Assembly: GCA_965227775.1 (NCBI GenBank) | Contig: OZ245777.1 | Location: forward strand, 1,952,001-2,016,000 | From: Phycisphaerales bacterium | GTDB taxonomy: Bacteria > Planctomycetota > Phycisphaerae > Phycisphaerales > UBA1924 | DNA length: 64,000 nt | Direction of reading: 5' to 3' | In this document: in pieces, positions 28,900-37,676 of the stretch | Numbering within the stretch: position 1 is the first letter of the stretch | Layout of the letters: each line of letters opens with the position of its first letter | Program-made: the position numbers and the translations under genes | Notes under the pieces: model-generated | Seen by the model: the letters and a program-made list of their open reading frames with translations, nothing else | What the model was told of the DNA's origin: nothing | The model's database searches: none

Positions 28900-31113
28900 T
28901 TAGGCCTGAACGATCAGCAACTCGTTGTAGTCGGCAACCGGCCAGAGGTCCTGCGACACGACCTTCTCCATGGCGTCGACGTGGCCACGTACGGCTTCCA
29001 TCGCCGGAACGAGCCGCTTGTGGGTGTGGTCGGCCAGGTCGAGTGCATACTCGGGCTCTGGTCCTTCGAGCGCCGCATCGAGCACGTCAAGGTCTCTCCG
29101 CAGACCCGACACGAGGCTCGCGAGGCTCTCGAGAGCCTTGCGGTTCTCGCCCGGGTCGACGTCGGCGGCCGACAGCGCGGAGACGGCTCCCGCAAGCTCG
29201 CGAAGCTGTCGCACCGCTGCAGGCAAGACGGCGGTTCGGCTCAGGTTGCGGAGCGTGAGTGCCTCGATGCGCACTTGCGTGGCGTATTTCTCGGCGAAGA
29301 TGTTCGCACGGCTCTGGGTCTCCAGCGGGCTCAGCACGTCGAGCGTGTTAAACAGCGTGCGATTCTTGTCGCTGGTGAGCATCCGGAAGGCCTCGGCTGA
29401 TGAGGTGATGTGCGGTAGTCCACGCTTTTCAGCCTCGGCGACCCACTCCTGCGAGTAGTTGTCGCCATTGAAGATCACCTTCTTGTGCTTGGTTGAGACG
29501 CGCTGGATGATGTTGCTCAGTGACTGCTGCACATCATCGGACTTCTCCAACTCGTCGGCGAAGCTCGCAAGGCTCTCGGCCACGATGGTGTTCAGCACCG
29601 TCACCGGGAAGGCGATCGCCGCCGACGAGCCCACGGCGCGGAACTCGAACTTGTTGCCCGTGAACGCGAACGGGCTGGTACGGTTGCGGTCGCCCGCGTC
29701 GCGGATGAACTCGGGCAGCGTCGCGGCGCCTAGGTCCATCGTGTCGCCCTTGCGAGAACTGCTGGCCGTACCGCCGCTGGCGAATTGCTCGACCAGGTCG
29801 GTCAGCATGTCGCCCAGGAAGATGCTGATGATCGCCGGTGGGGCCTCGTTAGCACCCAGGCGGTGGTCGTTGCCTGCGCTCGAGATGCTCGCCCGCAGCA
29901 GGTCGGCGTGCAGGTCGACAGCGCGAATGACCGAGGCGAGGAACGCGTGGAACAACCTATTCGCGTGCGGCTCGCTCTGCGGACTCAGCAGGTTGCGACC
30001 ATCGTCGGTGGCGAGCGACCAGTTGACGTGCTTGCCGCTGCCGTTCAGCCCGGCGAAGGGCTTCTCGTGAAGCGTGCACACGAAGCCGTGGCGTGGTGCA
30101 ACGCGGCGGAGCGTCTCCATAACCAGCATCTGATGGTCGCACGCCACGTTCGCTGGCTCATAGTGCGCGGCAATCTCGAACTGCCCGGGCGCGACCTCGT
30201 TGTGCCTCGTCGCGACCGGCACGCCCTTGCGGTACAGGATCGACTCAACCTCGCTCATGAAGCTGAGCACGCGCTCAGGGATCGATCCGAAGTAGTGGTC
30301 GTCGAGCTTCTGGCCCTTGATTGGCGTGTCACCGAACACGGTCCGGCCGCAGATCTTCAGGTCGGGCCGCGTGCTGGCGGCGGCCTCATCGACCAGGAAA
30401 TACTCCTGCTCGGCGCCCACCGTCGAGAAGACGCGTGTGGTATCGCCGACCTCGCCGAGCGCCTTGAGCACTCGCATCGCATGGGTGTTGATGGCGTCCA
30501 TCGACCGCAGCAACGGCGTCTTCTTGTCGAGGGCCTCGCCCGTCCAGCTCACGAATGCCGTCGGAATGCACAGGGTTACCGTGTCGCCAAAGCGGCTCAG
30601 GAACACAGGACTCGTTGCGTCCCACGCGGTGTATCCGCGGGCCTCGAAGGTCGTCCGCAGGCCACCGCTTGGGAAGCTCGATGCATCGGGCTCGCCTTGC
30701 ACAAGGGCCTGACCCGTGAACTCGCTGATTGCGCCGCCGTCTCCGTCGGGCTTCAGGAAGGTGTCGTGCTTCTCGGCGGTCAGGCCCGTCAGCGGCTGGA
30801 ACCAGTGCGTGAAGTGCGTGGCCCCATTGGCCATCGCCCATTCCTTGATGGCGACCGCGACCGCGTCGGCAATGGTCGGGTCGAGCGACTCGCCGTGGTG
30901 GATGGTCTGCTGGAGCTTCTTATAGGCGTCCTTGGGCAGCCGACGACGCATCATCGAATCGGTGAAGACGTCTCGAGCGAAATCGTCTTCGGCGTGGTCC
31001 CAGGCTGATTCCAAAGGCTGGGAAGCCGGCTGCTTATGGTGGTGCCGGCCCTGCGCTGACGAGCGGGCCGGTGTTCCATGGACGTTCGACGCGGGATCTT
31101 GCTCCATCGTCAT
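28900..31113 (-). CDS. glnA: Glutamine synthetase type III
   Basis: [63 protein letters not shown]; start uncertain (31107-31125). Confidence 0.95.
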   Translation of the reverse strand: MTMEQDPASNVHGTPARSSAQGRHHHKQPASQPLESAWDHAEDDFARDVFTDSMMRRRLPKDAYKKLQQTIHHGESLDPTIADAVAVAIKEWAMANGATHFTHWFQPLTGLTAEKHDTFLKPDGDGGAISEFTGQALVQGEPDASSFPSGGLRTTFEARGYTAWDATSPVFLSRFGDTVTLCIPTAFVSWTGEALDKKTPLLRSMDAINTHAMRVLKALGEVGDTTRVFSTVGAEQEYFLVDEAAASTRPDLKICGRTVFGDTPIKGQKLDDHYFGSIPERVLSFMSEVESILYRKGVPVATRHNEVAPGQFEIAAHYEPANVACDHQMLVMETLRRVAPRHGFVCTLHEKPFAGLNGSGKHVNWSLATDDGRNLLSPQSEPHANRLFHAFLASVIRAVDLHADLLRASISSAGNDHRLGANEAPPAIISIFLGDMLTDLVEQFASGGTASSSRKGDTMDLGAATLPEFIRDAGDRNRTSPFAFTGNKFEFRAVGSSAAIAFPVTVLNTIVAESLASFADELEKSDDVQQSLSNIIQRVSTKHKKVIFNGDNYSQEWVAEAEKRGLPHITSSAEAFRMLTSDKNRTLFNTLDVLSPLETQSRANIFAEKYATQVRIEALTLRNLSRTAVLPAAVRQLRELAGAVSALSAADVDPGENRKALESLASLVSGLRRDLDVLDAALEGPEPEYALDLADHTHKRLVPAMEAVRGHVDAMEKVVSQDLWPVADYNELLIVQA

Positions 31114-31378
31114 TCCAGTACGCACGGGGAGTGCATCCTTCCGGTTACGAGTCGACGCGATCGACGACGCCGGCTCGGGGCGCTCGGGCCTGTCCGGCCA
31201 ACGCGCCGGACCATGTCGCCCGAGCCATATTCCAAACGTTCAACGAAGGTCTATGCCCAGGGTCGGCCCGGGCCAAGGCGGACGGTCAGAAAAACCACCG
31301 AAACACCGAACAAACGGGGCGGAATCGGGCTCTGAGCCCGAACAGGCCGTGATCGACGATTTATGCTAGCATCGCTCC

Positions 31379-32164
31379 GTGCGCGTCATCACGTGGAACG
31401 TCAACAGCATCAAGGTCAGGGCCGAGCGGCTCATGGGTGTGCTCGAACGCCATGAGCCCGACGTGATCTGCCTCCAAGAGCTCAAGATCCCCGAACTACC
31501 GGGTCCAGTGGCCGAGGACCTGGAGCGGCTGGGTTACCACGCCGTGGTCTATGGGCAGAAGACGTACAACGGCGTGGCGATCCTCAGCAAGGCCGAGCCC
31601 ACCGACGTCGTGCACGGCTTCGAGGGCGACGGCGGCCCGGAGGACGACCACGCCCGGCTCACGTCCGCGATGGTGGATGGGGTGCGCATCTACAGCGCCT
31701 ACTTCCCCAATGGCGGTGAGGTCGGCAGCGACAAGTTCGCGTACAAGCTCGCGTGGATGGAGCGCCTTCGCGCCCTGCTTGACCGACGCCACGAGAGCAC
31801 CGAGCCCATCATCGTCGCCGGTGACATGAACGTCGCGCCGTTCGACGGCGACGTTGCCAAGCTCGACAAGTGGGCCGATACGACCCACTGCGTGCCCGAG
31901 GCGCGCAAGGGCCTGAAAAACGTAGAGGGCTTCGGCCTGATCGACACGCTGCACGAGAAGCATCCCGATGGCGGCGTGTATAGCTGGTGGGACTATCGCC
32001 AGCTGGCATTCCCCAAGGGCGACGGCCTGCGCATCGACATCATCTACGCGACCAAGGCCCTGGCCGAGACATGCACCGACGCGCGTGTTGACCGCGACGA
32101 GCGCAAGGGCAAGCAGCCCAGCGACCACGCACCCGTCATCGCCGACTTCGATTGGGTGGCATAG
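31379..32164 (+). CDS. xth: Exodeoxyribonuclease III
   Basis: TWNVNS, LQELK, YNGVA, YFPNG, GDMNVAP, SWWDYR, PSDHAP. Confidence 0.95.
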   Translation: MRVITWNVNSIKVRAERLMGVLERHEPDVICLQELKIPELPGPVAEDLERLGYHAVVYGQKTYNGVAILSKAEPTDVVHGFEGDGGPEDDHARLTSAMVDGVRIYSAYFPNGGEVGSDKFAYKLAWMERLRALLDRRHESTEPIIVAGDMNVAPFDGDVAKLDKWADTTHCVPEARKGLKNVEGFGLIDTLHEKHPDGGVYSWWDYRQLAFPKGDGLRIDIIYATKALAETCTDARVDRDERKGKQPSDHAPVIADFDWVA

Positions 32165-32173
32165 CCACGCTCC

Positions 32174-32872
32174 ATGGACGACCGCGTGATCAACACCTTC
32201 CTGCTCGATATCTCCGGCACCGTCGTGCAATCCGGCGGCTTCGAGGCCGTGTTCCACCACGTGTATCGCGAATTGCTGGGCGTCGAAGTCTCCGCCGAGC
32301 AAGTCCGCGTCAACACCGGACGCAAGAAGTCGCACCTGTTCGAAGAAGTCGTGGGTGCGCACGCGCCCGATCGCGCGGGCGAGCCCGGTCTGATTGAACG
32401 GATGACCAATGCGTTCGACGCGTTCATGCTCGAGGCCATCGAGCAGAACCCGCCGCCCGTGCTCGACACCGTCCGCGAGGCGCTGGAGTTCCTCCACCAC
32501 TTCGAGTTCACGGTTGGCTATGTCACGGGTTTTGCGCGCAGACCGGCGGAGCGGCTGCTCGACGTATCAAACCTTGACTACGCCGTGCTCGTTGGGAGCG
32601 ACGAGGTCGAGCACGGCCGCCCCGCCCCGGACTTGATCCACGAGGCGATGCGCCGCCTGGGCATCACCGATCCTGTGACGATCGCGTACGCGGGCGACAC
32701 CCCGGTCGACATCCTGAGCGGCCTGGCCGCCGGTTGCGGCCGCGTGTACGGCTTGACTTGCGGCGCGCACGACTGGGTCGAGCTCGACGAGGTCGCGCAG
32801 GGGACGCCCGCGCAGATCGTGAATTCGCTGCTCGCCGCCGCGAAGGACGTGTACCGGAGAGAGCGTTCCTAG
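32174..32872 (+). CDS. HAD-superfamily hydrolase, phosphonatase-like
   Basis: LDISGTVV, VTGF, GRPAPDLI, AGDTPVDI. Confidence 0.8.
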   Translation: MDDRVINTFLLDISGTVVQSGGFEAVFHHVYRELLGVEVSAEQVRVNTGRKKSHLFEEVVGAHAPDRAGEPGLIERMTNAFDAFMLEAIEQNPPPVLDTVREALEFLHHFEFTVGYVTGFARRPAERLLDVSNLDYAVLVGSDEVEHGRPAPDLIHEAMRRLGITDPVTIAYAGDTPVDILSGLAAGCGRVYGLTCGAHDWVELDEVAQGTPAQIVNSLLAAAKDVYRRERS

Positions 32873-33186
32873 CCGCCGGCGGCCTTGGCTTGGTACCCCT
32901 TGGCCTTCAACCGCTCGACGACCGCGTCGCGATGGTCGCCCTGCAAGACGATCTCGATCGCACCGTCTTTGGCATCCCCCAGCCCGCCGCCGGTGCCCAA
33001 CCCCGTGCGCAGCTCCTTGAGTAGTGCCTTGGCGTCGTCCTTCGAGAGCCCGAGTTCGGCGACCACCGTGCACCACTTGCCTCGCCGCTTCTCGCGCCGC
33101 ACGCGGGGGCTGGCGGCGGGCGCGGGTTCGGGTGTTACGGGCCGCTCGAGCGGGGTGCCGTCGAAGAGTCCGGGTGGTGGGGGCAT
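32869..33186 (-). CDS. SUI1/YciH translation initiation factor
   Basis: RREKRRGK.CTVV, LGTGGG, LQGDHRD. Confidence 0.85.
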   Translation of the reverse strand: MPPPPGLFDGTPLERPVTPEPAPAASPRVRREKRRGKWCTVVAELGLSKDDAKALLKELRTGLGTGGGLGDAKDGAIEIVLQGDHRDAVVERLKAKGYQAKAAGG

Positions 33187-33194
33187 GCGACAGG

Positions 33195-33362
33195 CTACGG
33201 GCAGCCCGTGTCGAAGGCGTTCTGGAACGCAAGGAAGTCGAAAATGGTGAGCGTGCCGTCCCCGTCAAAGTCGGCCGCCTGTGCTCCAGCGTCAAAGAGG
33301 TTCTGGAACACGAGGAAGTCAAAGATCGTCAGTTCGCCATCACCATCGAGGTCGACCGGGCA
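33195..33362 (-). repeat. GC-type dockerin domain, copy 3
   Basis: CPVDLDGDGELTIFDFLVFQNLFDAG..DFDGDGTLTIFDFLAFQNAFDTGCP. Confidence 0.85.
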
Positions 33363-35555
33363 GCGAGGGCTGGGCACGGCGAAGGACAGGTCGTCGATGA
33401 AGCAGCGTCCAGCGATCGTCTGGTCGCACAAGAACGAGATGGACTCGAGCGCGTCGAGGTCGAGATCCGGGTTCGCGGCCGTGAAATCACCGAGCGCGTA
33501 CCGATAGGTCTCGAAGATCGACTTGCGGTCCACCGTTGCGGCGGGCGCGACGGACGATCGCAGCGCGCCCTGAACGGCATCGGACAACCTGCGCTCGGCC
33601 GAATCGCCGTCCGTATCGGTAAGCCGGATCGTGAGGTCCTTCGTCGCACCGGGCGGGTTGAGCGGGTCATTGTGGATCTGCATGATGCGGAAGGTCAGGT
33701 CCGACCAGCCGCGGGCGTCGAATCCGGGCCCGCCGTCCTCGGTCAGCATGTGCGTGAACGAAGCGTCGACGCCGATCCACGCGAACTCGAGGCCCCAAGT
33801 CGGGTGATACAGCCCCTTCGCCGGGTCGAGCATGAATGCTTCATCGAACGTCTCGAAGCCCTCGGTTGTCACCGCAAAGCCCAGCGTGCTCGTGGTTGGG
33901 TCGTGGACACCGGGGGCCGACGTGAGCTCGTTCTCGGCAAAGACAACCGAATCGTCGCCGGGCGTCAGCCCGTACGTCCAAATGCCCCAGCCCGGGTTGC
34001 GCAGCCTCAAGGTGCCCTCAAACAGGCCGCTCGTGGAACGCAGCATCGACCAGTTGGTCGTTTGGTCGAACCCGGAGTCGGCGCACGCCAGTGTGGCCTG
34101 CGCTGTGGCCGAGTCGATACGGAAGTCAGCAAGGATTGCCTTGCCCCCGCCGCAGATGAAGGCGGCCAGCTCGTCGTCGAAGGGCACCGTGGCCGACCGC
34201 GAGCCGCTCTGGCGCGCCATGACAACCAGGTCCCACTGTCCCGAGCGCAGCCGGCTCTCGAACTCTGTGTCGTTGCTCGTTCTGATCAGTACGTCGAATA
34301 GCCCGGCAGTCTCTTCGCGATCGATCGCGATGTCGTACACGTCGGGTGCCAGGCTGAAGTCCTTGTAAAACAGCACGTCGTACGGCCCGGCACCGGGGGG
34401 CAGCAGATCCTGGATCTGGTTCCGCACCAGCTGGACGCCCGCCTCGACGTCGACGAACGTGTCGCCCAAGAAGCCGTTGACGTACGTTTGCCCCGGCACG
34501 CCCGAGATGCCCACGCCGTGCTCGAACGTCATGCCGTTCGTGTCTTCGAAGGTGTCGACTGCGAAGTCGGCACGCTCCTGGAACTGGTAGCGCACTTCGG
34601 GTCCATCGACGACCAGTGGTTGCTCGTTGCGCAGGTAGGGCAGCGCGTCTTGATTGCCATAGAACAGGTACTCGTGGAAGGCAGCGAGCGCGGCGCCCGA
34701 GGCCCGCCACGCATCCTCGCGAGAGATCGTCGCGGGCGCGACCGAGCCGCCCTCGCAGAACGACCAGTGGCTCGCACCGACCACATATACATAGTGGCGG
34801 GGCTTTTGCGCGGGCTCGTAGATCGCGATGCCCTGTCCGGTTCCCGTGCAGCCGCACTCGTCCTTGGAGCCATAAATGAGCTGCAGCGGCGGCATACCGG
34901 CGAACGTGTCGCTGTACCGCGAGATCGGAACGTGCGGGCATGGCGCCAGCAGCGACACCGCGTCGATTTCGTACTCGCCGGTCGGATTCATGGGCCGATG
35001 GTCCAACACGGTGTTAAACGCCGCGCCGTGCGAGTGCCCGCTCAACCCGATGCGGTCGATGTCGGCCCGCTGGTACAGCCAGTGGCCGGGATCCGTGTTC
35101 CATTCCTTGTAGACCTGGTCCATCGTGACGGTGAAGAGCTCACGGTGGCACGCGACCGAGCAGGGAACGTGGTCGTGGCGCATCGACACCACGATCATCC
35201 CCCGGCTGGCCAGGCGGCTGAACTGGTAGTCGTAAAACGTGTAGTCCGATCCGCCGGCGTGCTGGAAGAAGATGACCGGATACGGCGCCCCGTCGGTCGC
35301 GGCTGGTGTGCCCTCGCCTTGTTCTGTCGCGGGGTACCACACCTGGAGCTGCTGCGGAAACGGCACGCCGAGAACCATCTTGGGTTCGTCGTCCAGCCGC
35401 ACGCCCCAATGGTGGGGGCCAAACTCGAGCCATGGTTCCTGGGCGAGCGTTGGGTGCGTGAGGCCAAGGCAACCAATCAACGCCGCGATCGCCCACCGCC
35501 TTATGTGAAGGAAGACCGTGCTCGGGCTTGAACAGCGACCGCGTAGCAAACACAT
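33195..35555 (-). CDS. Exported alpha/beta hydrolase (chlorophyllase/PAF-acetylhydrolase-like) with extra domains and a GC-type dockerin
   Basis: VWYP..PYPVIFFQH, GHSHG, GSKD, GASHWSF; dockerin tail; start uncertain. Confidence 0.8.
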   Translation of the reverse strand: MCLLRGRCSSPSTVFLHIRRWAIAALIGCLGLTHPTLAQEPWLEFGPHHWGVRLDDEPKMVLGVPFPQQLQVWYPATEQGEGTPAATDGAPYPVIFFQHAGGSDYTFYDYQFSRLASRGMIVVSMRHDHVPCSVACHRELFTVTMDQVYKEWNTDPGHWLYQRADIDRIGLSGHSHGAAFNTVLDHRPMNPTGEYEIDAVSLLAPCPHVPISRYSDTFAGMPPLQLIYGSKDECGCTGTGQGIAIYEPAQKPRHYVYVVGASHWSFCEGGSVAPATISREDAWRASGAALAAFHEYLFYGNQDALPYLRNEQPLVVDGPEVRYQFQERADFAVDTFEDTNGMTFEHGVGISGVPGQTYVNGFLGDTFVDVEAGVQLVRNQIQDLLPPGAGPYDVLFYKDFSLAPDVYDIAIDREETAGLFDVLIRTSNDTEFESRLRSGQWDLVVMARQSGSRSATVPFDDELAAFICGGGKAILADFRIDSATAQATLACADSGFDQTTNWSMLRSTSGLFEGTLRLRNPGWGIWTYGLTPGDDSVVFAENELTSAPGVHDPTTSTLGFAVTTEGFETFDEAFMLDPAKGLYHPTWGLEFAWIGVDASFTHMLTEDGGPGFDARGWSDLTFRIMQIHNDPLNPPGATKDLTIRLTDTDGDSAERRLSDAVQGALRSSVAPAATVDRKSIFETYRYALGDFTAANPDLDLDALESISFLCDQTIAGRCFIDDLSFAVPSPRCPVDLDGDGELTIFDFLVFQNLFDAGAQAADFDGDGTLTIFDFLAFQNAFDTGCP

Positions 35556-35747
35556 CACGAGCTACCCCCAAGGAAGTCAGCGAGTCACACCAACTCGTCC
35601 AAATTACCAGAAACCGCTGCTCAAGTCAATGCGACAAATACCCGTTCTCCGACATTGCCGGCCACTTTGGCAGGATTGAGGACCGGAAATCCCACGCGGA
35701 CTCCGCGTTTGATCTCCCGCGTCGTGGTGTCGTCCCCTCCTCCTAGC

Positions 35748-37142
35748 ATGCGCCCGATGCACCGATGCCTGCTCAACCCTGCCCTCGAGCGTGTTCGCGT
35801 CAACGGGTTCGCCTTCCCGCTGGGTGTCTACCCCGTGGAGCCCATCGCGCCAACAAGCGGCTACACGGTCGACTTCGAGCCCGCCGACGGGGACGAGGAG
35901 TGGGAGGAGTGGCCCGACCGCTACGTCTACGAGATCCTCGTGTCGGCAGAGCGCCTGAAGCCCCTGTGTTCGGCGCTGCTCAGCCTGCTGCCCGGACGGA
36001 TCTATCCGATCCTCGACGTGCTAGGCAACGACGCGTTCCGCGAGATCGATCCGTACATCGCGTACGAGCTGGTCGGGGTCGAGAGCCTTTATGACGGGCT
36101 GCGGTGGTACGAGCCGTTCTTGTTTGAAGATGGACTGTGCGGCTTCGGTGCCATGAGCGAAGAGCCGTTCATGTACCTGTTCCTCGACGAGCACAAAGTG
36201 CTGACGGTCCGCGTCGAGACTTCAGAGAAGGAACGGGTCGACCGGCTTCTTGCCGCGTTTGAGCTTGGCAATCTCGGCGGGGCCTCCGAGAACGGCTCGG
36301 CAGGAAGGGCTCGCAAACCCGACGGCCGTCCGCTGGTCGAGGTCATGGCCGCCGACGCCGTGAGTCACGAGCACCGCAGCGTGCTGCTGACACCGGAAGA
36401 TCGCCCCGAGCTACCCGGGCCCGAGGAGGTCTCCGAGGCCCTCGTCGATCTATGGGGCATGACGCTCAACATCGACGTCGAACGGAATCTGGACGACGAC
36501 GGCCGAGACCTGGGCGTCACGGGCTGGCGGTGCCTGGTGCGTGTCGATCCGCCGGCACCCGATGAAGCGGGAAACCAGTCCTCCGACGAGAGGGACAAGA
36601 ACGACAAGATCAGAGAAGAGCAGAAGAAAGCCGGCGCGCCAGATCCGAACGCAGGCGAGCAGACGCCGAACCAGGAAGGACGCGTGCGATACGCCGAGGT
36701 ACTGCTGGCCGCTGGCTGCTGGCGCGAGGCCGAGGATCTCGCGGTCCAGGCCGTCGAGCGTTTGCCGGGCGAGCCCCGCGGCCCGAATCACTCGGCGGCC
36801 TCCGAGGGCTTCGGGCCCCGATTGATCTCGGCCGATCGGCTGTGGAGGCGCGAAGTCGTCGCGATCTTGTCGGCGCCGTCCGGCCGCAGCGGCAGCCAGC
36901 CAACGCCGCCCGAGGCGCATTTGGCTCGTTCGAGCGAGCCGGCGCCGCTTGTCACGCCACCGCCCGAACCCCGACCAGGCGACAAGCCCGTTGCCGCGTC
37001 GAGTTCGGTCGATGCGCCCGGCGGTGGTGATTCGTTCGACGGGACCGATCCGGCCGAACCGCCGGAGATCGCCGAGCTTTTGGACGAAGCGCTCGCCAAT
37101 GCCGCGCCCGGACGGATCCTCGCGAGCCGTTGGCTCGAATAG
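35748..37142 (+). CDS. Hypothetical protein (acidic globular N-half, low-complexity C-half)
   Basis: Long ORF with genome-typical codon usage; no family recognised. Confidence 0.7.
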   Translation: MRPMHRCLLNPALERVRVNGFAFPLGVYPVEPIAPTSGYTVDFEPADGDEEWEEWPDRYVYEILVSAERLKPLCSALLSLLPGRIYPILDVLGNDAFREIDPYIAYELVGVESLYDGLRWYEPFLFEDGLCGFGAMSEEPFMYLFLDEHKVLTVRVETSEKERVDRLLAAFELGNLGGASENGSAGRARKPDGRPLVEVMAADAVSHEHRSVLLTPEDRPELPGPEEVSEALVDLWGMTLNIDVERNLDDDGRDLGVTGWRCLVRVDPPAPDEAGNQSSDERDKNDKIREEQKKAGAPDPNAGEQTPNQEGRVRYAEVLLAAGCWREAEDLAVQAVERLPGEPRGPNHSAASEGFGPRLISADRLWRREVVAILSAPSGRSGSQPTPPEAHLARSSEPAPLVTPPPEPRPGDKPVAASSSVDAPGGGDSFDGTDPAEPPEIAELLDEALANAAPGRILASRWLE

Positions 37143-37676
37143 CCGGCCACCCGTTTTTGGTCTCGGGCGTGCGCGGTCGCGTGACGCCGTCGAGATGTCC
37201 TCCAGACGTCCAGTTGCGGGGAGTTGCTCTGGCGGGGGGTGGTGATTATCCTCCACCCGCTCAAGTCTGGGCCGATTTCTGGCCCGAGCGTGCATCCCGG
37301 GGCGTGTGCTTCGGGTATCAATCGAACACCCCGCCCCGGGCACACCCGGGGCCGACCACGGGAGCCGCTCACGGGACACAGCCCGCACACGCGAACACCT
37401 CCCGATAGTCCGCCGACAGCCCGCCGAACAGCGTTCGCGCGAGGTTGGCGAAACGGGCTCGACGCCTCGCCCGCACCGGGCCGGGTGGCCGACACGTGCC
37501 AATGATGGCCCTTCGGTAACGAGCTGCGGACGAGCGCGTACACGTCCGACACCGAAACGACCCGCAACCGCGTCAAACCACCGCGACCCAAACCCGCGTC
37601 CCAAACACCAGATCCCGAGCGGCCAACGCCCTATTCCCGCCCCGCCGTTCCCACCCCGCACACTTTGGAGCTTGGC

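Noticed and set aside
23490..33362. Dockerin-coding nucleotide repeats interpreted as mobile elements or DGR template/variable repeats
   Set aside because: All are in-frame protein tails with ordinary divergence; there is no reverse transcriptase, terminal inverted repeat or adenine-specific pattern evident.
37490..37505. TGGCAC-type sigma-54 promoter candidates (also near 19058, 28830 and 63575)
   Set aside because: None has the required GG-N10-GC spacing with a TTGC -12 element.
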